Origin: Candidatus Omnitrophota bacterium
Lineage (GTDB): Bacteria; Omnitrophota; Gorgyraeia; 1-14-0-20-64-10
Length of the DNA stretch: 64,000 nt
Assembly: GCA_016177405.1 (NCBI GenBank)
Contig: JACOVG010000004.1
Coordinates: forward strand, 18,674-82,673
Direction of reading: 5' to 3'
Each line of letters begins with the position of its first letter. Position 1 is the first letter of the stretch. The notes beneath the pieces were generated by a model. It saw only the letters and a program-made list of their open reading frames with translations, was not told the origin of the DNA and did no database searches. The position numbers were made by a program, and so were the translations under genes. Positions 15,051 to 24,109 of the stretch are shown here, piece after piece.

Positions 15051-17153
15051 CTAAAAGGTCTGGCCGAGGAAGAGGTAGGCCGAGTCTTGGTCGTCCTCGG
15101 TGAAGCCGTAGGCCAGGTAGAGGGGGCCCAGGAAGGTGTCGAGCCCCAGGAAGGTGCTGCCGGCCCAGCGGAGAGAGTTCAGGTGGATCTGGCTTCGGTC
15201 GTTCCAGGTGTTGCCGGCCTCCAGGGAGCCGCCCAGATAGAGCGGTATCTCATAGGACGACACCCTGGGTTTGAAAAACTGGCGATAGTAGACGAGCCTT
15301 CCCAGCCCCACGTGCTGTCCGGAAAGCTGGCCCTGGTCCAGGCCCGAAAGAGACAAGAAGCCTCCCAGCGAGAAGCGGTCCTCGACCTGGGAGGCCTTAT
15401 TCAGCACCGAGCCGATTCTCGCGCTTAAGAGGAAGGTGTTGGGGCCGAAGCTCATCGCTTGAAACCACTGGGTGTTCAGGACGTCGTAGCTCGACTCGGC
15501 CCCCAGCTCTTCCCGGACCAGCCGGAATTCCACCTCTCCGGCCGTTCCGGAGCGGGGGAAGTGGGGGTTGTCGATCGTGTCCACGCTGAAGCGGGCGAGG
15601 TATCCCCCTTCCTCAAACCCGCCGCCCCCCAGCGTCCCGGAGGTGAACCGGGGCCGGAGGTCCCCATCCCCATGGCGGGCCCCCACGCGCAGTTCGCCCC
15701 AATTCTCAAGCTGGCGCCCCAGGTCCAAACCGGCGGTCGTGGCGGTGTCCCGAAACTCACTCACCCTGTTCCCTTGGCGAAAGACCTCGACATTCGCCTG
15801 GCCGTGCTCGGCCGAGGCCGAGGCGAAAAAGCGGCCCCCCGCGTCCAACGGCTGGTAAAACTCGGAGGAGATCCGCGGCTCATCCCCGATGGCCATCTCG
15901 TTGCGCCACTCGGCCCCCAGGCGGTTCACGAGGGTGGTGGTCTCGCGCGCGGCCAGGGCGTAGCTGGTGCCGCCGCTGAAATCATCCGCGAGGTTGAGCC
16001 CGAACCGGATGTAATGGGGGCCCCACGATTTTTCCTCGGCCTTGAAAACGAGCCCGTGGGTTCCGCCGGTTTTCTCCAGGTCAAACTCCACCTGCTCGAA
16101 GTAATCCAGGCCGTTCACCCGGGCGAGGTCTTCCTTTAGGGTCGAGACCTCCAGGGGCCTGCCCACGGGGGTTCGGATCTTGGAGCGGATCACGGCGGGG
16201 TCCAGGCGCGAGGGATTCACGATTCGGATCGAACCGATCACCGGCAGGGTATCGGGCCCGCCCCGTTTTACCGCCAGGTGCGACCGGTAATTCCCTTCGT
16301 TCAGGGAGAGGCGGGAGACCTCTTCCGACGAGCGCCGCGCCGCCGCCTCACCGCGGCGGACCGCTTCCACCGCGCGGTGGTAATCGCCGGGCATGATCCC
16401 CGCGAGCTCGGGGCGGATCACGACGTCGCCCGATTTCAGGGCGGCCATCTGAAGCTTGGTGTTCTGCACCGCCAGGATGTCCAGGGCCTGCTGGGAGATC
16501 TCGATGGCCGAGCGAAGCTCCTGCCGTTTCCGAAGGGGGGTGGGCAAGTCCACCACGATCAGGATCTCCGCCCCCATCGCCCGGGCGACATCCACCGGCG
16601 TGTTGTTGGCGATCCCTCCGTCCACCAGGAGGCGGCCGTCGAGCTCCACCGGCGGAAAAACCCCCGGGATGGACATGCTGGCCAGGATCGCGGCGGCCAG
16701 ATCGCCCCGGCCCAGGACCACCGTCTCGCCGGTTTCGATGTCGGCGGCCACCGCGCGGAAGGGGGTGGCCAGCTCGTCAAAATCCCTCACCTCGGCCCTG
16801 GAAACGGTCAGGGTCCTAAGCATGGCCCGGAGCTTCCTTCCCTGAATCAGCCCCTTGGGCAAAACCAAGCGGCCCTCCTTGATCCCGAGGGCGAAGCGGA
16901 TCAGGAAGTTGGCGTCGTCCTGCTTGCGCCGGTAAGGGAGATCCCGCCTGGGAGGACGGTCCTCAAAGAGATCCACCCAGTCGGCCTGGGTGAGCTGGGT
17001 TTCAATCTCCCGAGGGGAAAGGCCGGCGGCGTACAGGCCCCCCACCACCGCGCCCATGCTGGTGCCGGCGATGCAGTCGATCGGAACGCGAAGCTCCTCC
17101 AGCACCTTGAGCACCCCCACGTGGGCTGCCCCTTTGGCGCCGCCGCCGGCCAA
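15051..17153 (-). CDS. PlpD-like type Vd autotransporter: patatin-like phospholipase + POTRA + Omp85-type beta-barrel
   Basis: Patatin Gly-rich loop GGGAKGAAHVG, lipase serine GTSMG and DGG catalytic Asp motif. A C-terminal barrel ends in an aromatic residue (LGQTF). The track start at 17153 is a TTG. The same frame remains open upstream and encodes a signal peptide (FFRRVLFVLALSLLFSFLGAVPPEPARA) after a strong AAAGGAGG, but with no ATG/GTG/TTG. The true start is probably near 17279. Confidence 0.72.
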   Translation of the reverse strand: MAGGGAKGAAHVGVLKVLEELRVPIDCIAGTSMGAVVGGLYAAGLSPREIETQLTQADWVDLFEDRPPRRDLPYRRKQDDANFLIRFALGIKEGRLVLPKGLIQGRKLRAMLRTLTVSRAEVRDFDELATPFRAVAADIETGETVVLGRGDLAAAILASMSIPGVFPPVELDGRLLVDGGIANNTPVDVARAMGAEILIVVDLPTPLRKRQELRSAIEISQQALDILAVQNTKLQMAALKSGDVVIRPELAGIMPGDYHRAVEAVRRGEAAARRSSEEVSRLSLNEGNYRSHLAVKRGGPDTLPVIGSIRIVNPSRLDPAVIRSKIRTPVGRPLEVSTLKEDLARVNGLDYFEQVEFDLEKTGGTHGLVFKAEEKSWGPHYIRFGLNLADDFSGGTSYALAARETTTLVNRLGAEWRNEMAIGDEPRISSEFYQPLDAGGRFFASASAEHGQANVEVFRQGNRVSEFRDTATTAGLDLGRQLENWGELRVGARHGDGDLRPRFTSGTLGGGGFEEGGYLARFSVDTIDNPHFPRSGTAGEVEFRLVREELGAESSYDVLNTQWFQAMSFGPNTFLLSARIGSVLNKASQVEDRFSLGGFLSLSGLDQGQLSGQHVGLGRLVYYRQFFKPRVSSYEIPLYLGGSLEAGNTWNDRSQIHLNSLRWAGSTFLGLDTFLGPLYLAYGFTEDDQDSAYLFLGQTF

Positions 17154-17316
17154 GACCAGGCCTACCCTGGGACGGCCGAGGGGGGAATCGGCGGCCCGCG
17201 CCGGCTCCGGCGGGACCGCGCCTAAGAAAGAAAACAGGAGGGAAAGGGCGAGGACGAAAAGGACTCGGCGGAAAAAAATAGGGGCCTCCTTTTGAGGCCC
17301 CTATTATCTCACAGGA

Positions 17317-17856
17317 CTAAGAAACCTTGATCGTCTGTTGGCCGGGGCGCCAGCTCGCCGGGCAAAGCTCGCCGCTTTGCAGGGCATCCAGAACCCGAAG
17401 CACCTCCTCCGGGTTTCGCCCGATCCGCAAGTCGGTGGCCATCGCGAAGCGGATCACCCCCTGCGGGTCCACGATGAAGCAGGCCCGCTGGGCCACCCCT
17501 TCGTTGCGGTCGATCACCCCCAGGGCCGCCGACAGCTCTCTCTTCACGTCGGAGAGCATCGGATAGGGCAGTGTGGCGAGCTCCTCCTTCTGCTGTCTCC
17601 AGGCCAGATGGACAAACTCCGAATCGGTGCTCGCCCCCAGAAGCTGCGCGTTGCGCTTGGCAAACTCGCCGTGGAGCTTGCCGAAGCCGACGATCTCGGT
17701 GGGGCAGACGAAGGTGAAGTCCTTCGGCCAGAAAAAGAGCACCAGCCACTTCCCGGGATAAGAATCGTTGGCCGTCTCCCGGAAGGCCTCCTTCAGGTTG
17801 TTCGAAACAACCCCCTTCAGACGGAAGGGGGGGAACTTATCTCCGACACCCAGCAT
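17317..17856 (-). CDS. peroxiredoxin (AhpC/TSA family, 2-Cys)
   Basis: Peroxidatic Cys motif FTFVCPTEI and resolving Cys near the C-terminus (GELCPASW). RBS AAAAAGGAGA upstream. Confidence 0.88.
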   Translation of the reverse strand: MLGVGDKFPPFRLKGVVSNNLKEAFRETANDSYPGKWLVLFFWPKDFTFVCPTEIVGFGKLHGEFAKRNAQLLGASTDSEFVHLAWRQQKEELATLPYPMLSDVKRELSAALGVIDRNEGVAQRACFIVDPQGVIRFAMATDLRIGRNPEEVLRVLDALQSGELCPASWRPGQQTIKVS

Positions 17857-17938
17857 GGTTTGTCTCCTTTTTGTTTTTCCTGGTTCTACAGTACCCGACG
17901 GGGTATAATAAGTCCAATCGATTTTTCTTATACAACCG

Positions 17939-17953
17939 ATAGGATATATCTAT
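17939..17953. promoter_or_regulatory. candidate OxyR box (ATAG-N7-CTAT) in the prx/LysR divergent promoter
   Basis: ATAGgatatatCTAT matches the OxyR half-site consensus ATAGntnnnanCTAT. It sits 2 nt before the LysR-gene ATG in an AT-rich 98-bp divergent region. Confidence 0.4.
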
Positions 17954-17954
17954 C

Positions 17955-18851
17955 ATGGAACTTCAACCGCTTCGCTACGCCGTCCTCCTGGCCCAGGAGC
18001 TCCACTTCGGGAAGGCGGCCCAGCGGGCCAACGTCACCCAGCCGACCCTAAGCCAGGGGATCAAGAAGCTGGAGGGGGAGCTGGGGGCGGTTCTCTTTGA
18101 GCGCGCGAGGCGGGGGGTGCGTCTGACCGCCTCCGGCAAGCGTTTCCTTCCCAAGATCGTTCCCGTGCTGGACCGGCTTGCCGGCGCCGTGGACAGCCTC
18201 AAAGGGGAAGCCCGGGAGGCCTCCGGGCCCATCCGAGTGGGAGTCATTCCGACCCTCTGTCCCTATCTCATGCCGGGGGTGGTGATGGAGCTTAAGAAAT
18301 CGGCGCCCAAGATCTCTCTCGCCATCCACGAAGAGACCACCTCCGTCTTGGTCGATCACCTCAAGTCAGGCCAGCTGGACCTCGGGGTTCTGGCCCTGCC
18401 GATCGTCGAGCGGGGAGTTTCAACTCTTTCCATCTGCAAGGAGACGTTTTACCTGGCCGTTCCCAGGAGGCATCGTCTGGCTGGGAAAAAGCGCGTCACC
18501 CCGGAGGAGGTCGCGAGGGAGAGGGTCTTGATCCTGCAGGAGGGGCACTGCTTCAGAAGGCAGTCCCTGGCCTACTGCAAGCTGTCGGCCAGGGACCCCA
18601 GGGTCATCTTCCAGGGAAGCTCGTTGAGCTCGGTCCTGAATCTTACGGCCGCCGGCGAGGGGGTCACCTTCGCGCCCCGGATGGCGGCCGACCATCGCCT
18701 GTACCCTGGGATTCGATTCGTCCGCTTTGCCGACCCCGAGCCCGCGCGCGAGCTGGGGATCATCTGGCGCTCGACCTCCGCCTGGAGCCGCGCCCACGAG
18801 GCCGTGACCGACGCGGTGAAGAAGGTTTTAAGGGAAAGGGCGGCCGGCTAG
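17955..18851 (+). CDS. oxyR: LysR-family transcriptional regulator, OxyR-like
   Basis: N-terminal LysR HTH (LRYAVLLAQELHFGKAAQRANVTQPTLSQGIKKLE). A Cys pair EGHCFRRQSLAYC is spaced like the OxyR redox Cys199/Cys208. The gene is divergent from a peroxiredoxin gene. Confidence 0.75.
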   Translation: MELQPLRYAVLLAQELHFGKAAQRANVTQPTLSQGIKKLEGELGAVLFERARRGVRLTASGKRFLPKIVPVLDRLAGAVDSLKGEAREASGPIRVGVIPTLCPYLMPGVVMELKKSAPKISLAIHEETTSVLVDHLKSGQLDLGVLALPIVERGVSTLSICKETFYLAVPRRHRLAGKKRVTPEEVARERVLILQEGHCFRRQSLAYCKLSARDPRVIFQGSSLSSVLNLTAAGEGVTFAPRMAADHRLYPGIRFVRFADPEPARELGIIWRSTSAWSRAHEAVTDAVKKVLRERAAG

Positions 18852-20500
18852 GGCTTCTTGCGTTTCGCGAGAAAGAGAAGAAGAGCGGCGCCGGCCGCGA
18901 GAAGCCAAAGCCAGCCGAGGCCCCGGCCGGGCTCGGCCTTCCGGGCCGCCTTGACAAATTCCTCCTTGAGCGCCGCGGTCTCGCTCGTCAGGACGAGCTT
19001 GCCGCTGTTGGCCTGGGCGATCAGCTGAAGCTGTTTGCGGGTCGCCGGGTCGTTCTCCACCCCCAGGCCAATCAGCGTGAAGTCAATCCCCTCCATGGAA
19101 ACCTTGAAGTCCATCTTGGCAAGCAACAGCCCAACCCATTCGAAGCCGGTGTGCCCCTCGCCGAACTGCTGAACCTTGGTAAAGTAGGTGCCGGCGTCCA
19201 GCGAGATGTAGGAGGTCTGTTCCCATCTGTAAATGCTCTCGACCGGCTTGCCCTGCGCGTCAAGGAATTCCAGCGTGTAGGCGCCGGATGACGGCCCGGC
19301 GGGCGCCATGACAAATCGGCTAATGACCAAACTCGGCTCTTTGAGCTCGAACCGGAAGAAGTCGACATCCTCCTCCGGGATGAGTTGGAATTTCACCACG
19401 CTGTTCAACTCAATGGCCCTGGCCGTTTCCAGGGTGTCGTTCGGCTCGCTTGAGTCGGTCTCCGGCATGAGGGAGAGCGAGGCGTAGAGGGGCTTCACCG
19501 ATTCCTCGCCAAGCGCCTCGTAGCGGCTTTTGAGCCGAAGAAGGCCCGAGCCCTTGGGCACCCTTTGGACCCATCGGCCGGAGGTCAGGACCTTGCCCTC
19601 CTCGTCCAGCCACTCCGGGGTGAGGGCCAGATCCATCCCTGGGTGCGGCGAGACGGTGAGCCAGGCGTAGCCGGCCTCCGGGGCCTCGAACCGGAAGAGA
19701 TCCCGATCTCCTGCCGGCAGGATCCAGAAAGGAACCAGCTCGTCCCAGTCAACCTTCCGGGCGGCGGCGGGGGTGTCGTTGGGTTCCGAGGGATCCAGCT
19801 CCTCCATAAGGGAGAACTCCAGCGACACCGGCTGGCCGGACCAGCCGCTGAACTTGGAAAAGAGCTTGGCGTAATGGGCGCCGGCTGGAAGTTTTTCCGT
19901 GAGGGTTTCTCCCTCCGCGCTTTCCGGTTTTCCCGACGCGTTAAGGAGCTGGACCTTGGCGTAGAGATTGCTTGCGGGGCTCTTCAGCTTCACGCGCAAA
20001 TAGCCGGGTTTCTCAAGCTCAAAACGAAAAAGATCTTCGTCCCCCGGCGGGAGAAGCCAGGAGGTTATCGGCTCGCCGAGTTTGACCGGGCGGGCCTGGG
20101 AAATTTGGCCGTTCGGTTCGGAGGGATCCTCCTCCGGCACAAACTCTATCCAAAAGGTGAACGGCTTGTCCGAGGCGGCATTGAAGCGATCCAGCACCTT
20201 GACCTGATACCGGCCGGGCTGGGCCCGGAAAACCGGATTCTTTTGGATGTACTGAAGCTTGCTTTCCCCCTGCCAGAAGGCCGCCTCCGGATAAAGCGAG
20301 GTGGGAACCTTGTCAAAGCGGACCACGAGGTAGCCGGTCCGCTCCACCTCAACCGTCACCTCTTCCTGCTTGCCCTTCTGGTTGAGCAGGATCTCCCTTT
20401 TTTCCCCAAAGGCCGCCTGCGGCGGCTCGGCGATGGGCTGGGCGGAAGGCAAGGCCATCCAGGCCCAGGCCGCCAGCGCAAGCCACCTCATTGTTCTCAT
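18848..20500 (-). CDS. secreted protein with four tandem PPC (pre-peptidase C-terminal) domains and a C-terminal TM/basic anchor
   Basis: Signal peptide (MRWLALAAWAWMALPSA). Four repeats begin EPNG/EPND..A and end D.DLFRFE, the PPC signature. The C-terminus reads GLGWLWLLAAGAALLLFLAKRKKP. The ATG at 20500 overlaps the upstream stop as ATGA. Confidence 0.7.
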   Translation of the reverse strand: MRTMRWLALAAWAWMALPSAQPIAEPPQAAFGEKREILLNQKGKQEEVTVEVERTGYLVVRFDKVPTSLYPEAAFWQGESKLQYIQKNPVFRAQPGRYQVKVLDRFNAASDKPFTFWIEFVPEEDPSEPNGQISQARPVKLGEPITSWLLPPGDEDLFRFELEKPGYLRVKLKSPASNLYAKVQLLNASGKPESAEGETLTEKLPAGAHYAKLFSKFSGWSGQPVSLEFSLMEELDPSEPNDTPAAARKVDWDELVPFWILPAGDRDLFRFEAPEAGYAWLTVSPHPGMDLALTPEWLDEEGKVLTSGRWVQRVPKGSGLLRLKSRYEALGEESVKPLYASLSLMPETDSSEPNDTLETARAIELNSVVKFQLIPEEDVDFFRFELKEPSLVISRFVMAPAGPSSGAYTLEFLDAQGKPVESIYRWEQTSYISLDAGTYFTKVQQFGEGHTGFEWVGLLLAKMDFKVSMEGIDFTLIGLGVENDPATRKQLQLIAQANSGKLVLTSETAALKEEFVKAARKAEPGRGLGWLWLLAAGAALLLFLAKRKKP

Positions 20501-23205
20501 CGGGACTCCGTCATGAGGTTGCCCAGATCGGTCAAGGCGTCGCCTCTTCTCTTTCGCAGGGAACGCCTCCACGGGTCGGCCCGGCGCTTCAAGGCCAGGG
20601 CGGCCGCCGGATCGTCCCGGCTGCTGGCGCTTAATCTCTTCTCGGCAACCGGCTTGGCATCCAGGATCCAGCCGTACTCCTTGCCGGCGGGGTTCGGCAC
20701 CGCCTGCCAGCGCCGCTCGATGAGAACCACCTCGGCATCGCCCCCGCCCAAGGGTTTTTCCATGTAGCGGTTTTCCACGAGATCCCTTCCCTCCACCCGG
20801 TAGCCCCGCCAGAGGCCGGGGTCGGCCAAGAAGCGCTCTCCGCCGGCAGGGGCTGGGCCGCCGGGACCGGCAAAGGAAACCGGATCGAAAGAAGGGGGAG
20901 GAACCTTGCCCGCCTCGGAGCTGGAGATGTAGGTGAGCCCCGGATAATCGGCCAGGGACGCCGTCCCGCCGCCGCAGGTCTCGGCCCCGTCGCTTAGGCA
21001 GATCAGGGAGCGGTTTCGGCTGCCGGCGTGGGCAGCAAGATAGCGGCTGGCCTCTCCCAGGGCCTCCACAAGGGGTGTCCCCTGGGCCGCGGAAAGGCCG
21101 GAGATCGCAGACAGGGCAGCGCTCTTATCCTTGGTGAAGCCGACGGCAGGCACGGTGATGGAACCGCAGTCGGTGAAGTATCCGACCGCCACCTCGGCAT
21201 CCCTGGAGCCCGCCAGCGCCTTCACCGCGGCCGCGGCCGCGGCCTTGGCCTTCTCGAGCTTGCCCTCCTCCCCCATGCTGCCGGAGGAATCGATCAGGAT
21301 GAAGGTGGAGGAGCTGGCGGTTTCGCGGCCGGCAGGCGGCGGGGCCGGGAGAGGTTTGGGGGGCGCGGGCGGCTCGGGTTCTTCCTCCTTCTTCTCCTTC
21401 TTGACCTGGATGCGGTGACTCTGGTCGGCTCCGCCGCCGGGCGGCTCGTACCCGTCCCAGCTTAAACTCTCCTTGTTGAGCTTGGGGACCGTCTGCGGGT
21501 TGGAATCGAGCCCCAGCCGGTCCGGGGAAACCGCCGTCACGCTCACCGGCAGGGTAAAGACCTCCCCGGCCATCGAGTCGTCAACGGCGACGCGGTCCAC
21601 CCGGCCGATCACCTGCCTGCGTTCGTCGGTCGGCTCATTCAGGCGGGCCGCGGCCCCCCCCACCTGAAGCTGGGCCGCGCCGTCAATCTCCCTGGAGAAG
21701 ACCAGTCGAACCTGCAGAGGGCCGAACCCCGTTTCGTCCTTGCCAAGCTCGATGGTATTGGAGTCGAGGACCGAAAGGTTTCTCGCGCCGGCCCCGTCGT
21801 CCCACCGGGCATGGTAAAGGGTTCCTCCCCCATCCAGCCGGTCGATCTGAATCTCCCGCAAAAAAGGCGGCTCGGAGACGGCCGCGGCCACGGCAAGCTC
21901 GGTCACGTCGGTGTCCGGATTCGCCGCCACCAGGAGGACCCTGTTCGTCCGGTCGGTGTAGAAGCCGTATTGCTCGACGGTGTGCTCGGCGGCGAGCTCG
22001 CCGGCGGCGAAACGGATCTCATCCACGCCGACGACGTCCCTCATCGCGGCCCCGGTGAAGCTGATTACCCGGGCCGACAAGCTGTCCCGGGGAGTTTTCC
22101 TGCGCAGGACAAGGTGCAGGCGGGTCGAGGTGGCCTGGCCGCCCGGGGGGACAAACTCCACGTAGGCGGCCGAATAGGGCTCCAGGTTAAAGGAGGCGCT
22201 CCGAATGCTGTTGGCGCTCCATTCCTTGAAGTACCAGTCGCGGGTCCGCTCGCGGGGCGCCACCTCCTGCGCGATCTCACCGCCCCGCCGGAAGCTCCAA
22301 GGGGCCCGGCTCTTCAGGGCCACGGCCACGGAAAAGTTGGTGAAGTAGCGGTCGAAATCGGCCGTCTCCAGCACGCCCCGCAGGATCTGCATGCTCAACT
22401 TGCCGGCGTTGCCCGGCACCTCATCCCAGATCTCCCGGATTACCCCGGCTCCGTTCGGGTGGTGCTCGCTTAGATATTTAAAGTAGATCGCCCCGCCATA
22501 GGGCATGAGGCGAACCGCGGCGTCGCTGGGGTCGTACCGCTTGAGACTCGTGCCGTCGGACCAAAGGGGATACCAGGCGGGCATGTGCCTTAGGAAGGAG
22601 CCGATCTCCGGGGCGGCCGGCAGGCGCTCATCCTCGGACCAGGCCGCCGTGGCCTCCCACATCCACCGCAGGTCCGAGCTGTAGCGGGGGTCGTAAAAGT
22701 GCTGGAGGAAATGGAAAAACTCGTGGGTGCACATGCTTCTCACGAAATCGATGTTCCCGGGCTGGGCCAGGTCGTACCAGCGGATGTCGAAATAGGGGTT
22801 GACGTTCTTGACGGAGAGCCGGTAGAAGCCGGCGGCCCACTCCTCGCCCGGGCCCATCGAGGTTCTTAGATAAACCGCCACCCGGCTGTTGTCGGCCCAG
22901 GCGGGATGCCGCCACCCCTGCCCGTGGAAGAAATCCCAGGCCTCCTCCAGGGTGTCGCCCACCAGGATGGCGTAGGCGTTGGGGATGGTGTCCCTGTCGT
23001 AATAGAGGACGAAGTTCCGGGTCAGCCGCACCAGGTTGTAGACGCGGCCGTCCGGGCCCGTGAAGTTGATGACGGCTTGCTTGGCGGGCTCCTCTTGGGC
23101 GGCGAGGGGGACGGGAAAGAGCGACCCTGCCCAGAGGAGAAAAAGGGCCGCTGTGAAAAAGCGCCTACTCGGTCTTGTCGGGCTTGGCCTCAAGGCCTGT
23201 CTCAA
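20497..23205 (-). CDS. secreted HExxH zinc metalloprotease-like protein with C-terminal von Willebrand factor A domain
   Basis: Signal peptide, HEFFHFLQH zinc-binding motif, a Pro-rich linker (EPEPPAPPKPLPAPPPAG), and a vWA MIDAS motif (ILIDSSGSMG). About 900 aa. Confidence 0.68.
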   Translation of the reverse strand: MRQALRPSPTRPSRRFFTAALFLLWAGSLFPVPLAAQEEPAKQAVINFTGPDGRVYNLVRLTRNFVLYYDRDTIPNAYAILVGDTLEEAWDFFHGQGWRHPAWADNSRVAVYLRTSMGPGEEWAAGFYRLSVKNVNPYFDIRWYDLAQPGNIDFVRSMCTHEFFHFLQHFYDPRYSSDLRWMWEATAAWSEDERLPAAPEIGSFLRHMPAWYPLWSDGTSLKRYDPSDAAVRLMPYGGAIYFKYLSEHHPNGAGVIREIWDEVPGNAGKLSMQILRGVLETADFDRYFTNFSVAVALKSRAPWSFRRGGEIAQEVAPRERTRDWYFKEWSANSIRSASFNLEPYSAAYVEFVPPGGQATSTRLHLVLRRKTPRDSLSARVISFTGAAMRDVVGVDEIRFAAGELAAEHTVEQYGFYTDRTNRVLLVAANPDTDVTELAVAAAVSEPPFLREIQIDRLDGGGTLYHARWDDGAGARNLSVLDSNTIELGKDETGFGPLQVRLVFSREIDGAAQLQVGGAAARLNEPTDERRQVIGRVDRVAVDDSMAGEVFTLPVSVTAVSPDRLGLDSNPQTVPKLNKESLSWDGYEPPGGGADQSHRIQVKKEKKEEEPEPPAPPKPLPAPPPAGRETASSSTFILIDSSGSMGEEGKLEKAKAAAAAAVKALAGSRDAEVAVGYFTDCGSITVPAVGFTKDKSAALSAISGLSAAQGTPLVEALGEASRYLAAHAGSRNRSLICLSDGAETCGGGTASLADYPGLTYISSSEAGKVPPPSFDPVSFAGPGGPAPAGGERFLADPGLWRGYRVEGRDLVENRYMEKPLGGGDAEVVLIERRWQAVPNPAGKEYGWILDAKPVAEKRLSASSRDDPAAALALKRRADPWRRSLRKRRGDALTDLGNLMTESR

Positions 23206-24070
23206 CGCTCACCTCACGCAGCCCCACGTTCTTCAAGGAGATCTCCGTGAAGAAATCCACCCTGCCGTACTCTTCCTTGACCAGCCGCAGGTCCTCGGGC
23301 TTGACCTCCCCCTTGGGAACCGGCGCGAAAAGCTCCTGGGTGATGGAGGTGGCGTGCTTGAGCTTGGAGAGAACCTCTTCTCCCTCGGAGAGGACCACCG
23401 ACTTCTTGCCGGCAAAGGCCACCTCGATGCCGTCTTGACCGGTTTGCTCGGCGAGGGTCAAGCTCCCAGAGGGGATCAGGCGGATGCTGAAGGTCTTGGC
23501 CACCGAATCGTTCAGCCCCAGCTCCAGGCTCTCGGGCCGCTGGCTGTAGACCGGCAGCGCGAGCTGGGCAGGATACTGGCTGAAAACGTAGTAGTTGGCG
23601 AGACTCCCCTCCCGGCCCTTCCCCTCGTAGCGGATGGCGTGAATGAGAAAGAGCTTGGCCTCCTTGGCCAGATCCATGCCGGGCTTGTCCAGGAAGAGGC
23701 GAAACTCCTTCTCCTGGGTCCCGGCGGCGATCGAAGCGGCGACCTCTTCGGGCACCAGGATCCGGCTGCCGGCCATGCGAAAGGCGGGAGGCTGGGCCGG
23801 GGAATCGGAGATGAAGAGAAGCTCCTCGAAGCCGTCCCGGTTGACCTCGTTGAGCTCCAGGTAGAAGACCTTGTGGGCCTCCTCGGCAGGCGGGGCGGGT
23901 TCCTGGCTTACCGGCTCGGGAGGAGCCGGCTCCGCCACAGTCTGCGGCGGGGGCTCTTCTCGCGCGGCAGGCGGAGCCGATGGCCCGCGGGCGAGAAGCC
24001 AGCACCCGCCGAGGGCCGCCACCGCCACCGCTATCGCGATCTTCCAGCGAGACATGTGCACTAACCCCAT
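23165..24070 (-). CDS. hypothetical lipoprotein
   Basis: Signal peptide with lipobox (VAALGGC) and a Pro/Glu-rich linker. No recognised catalytic motif. Confidence 0.55.
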   Translation of the reverse strand: MGLVHMSRWKIAIAVAVAALGGCWLLARGPSAPPAAREEPPPQTVAEPAPPEPVSQEPAPPAEEAHKVFYLELNEVNRDGFEELLFISDSPAQPPAFRMAGSRILVPEEVAASIAAGTQEKEFRLFLDKPGMDLAKEAKLFLIHAIRYEGKGREGSLANYYVFSQYPAQLALPVYSQRPESLELGLNDSVAKTFSIRLIPSGSLTLAEQTGQDGIEVAFAGKKSVVLSEGEEVLSKLKHATSITQELFAPVPKGEVKPEDLRLVKEEYGRVDFFTEISLKNVGLREVSVETGLEAKPDKTE

Positions 24071-24109
24071 TCTATCAGATTTGCTCCGCGCGCCAAAGAA
24101 TCCAGGGGG

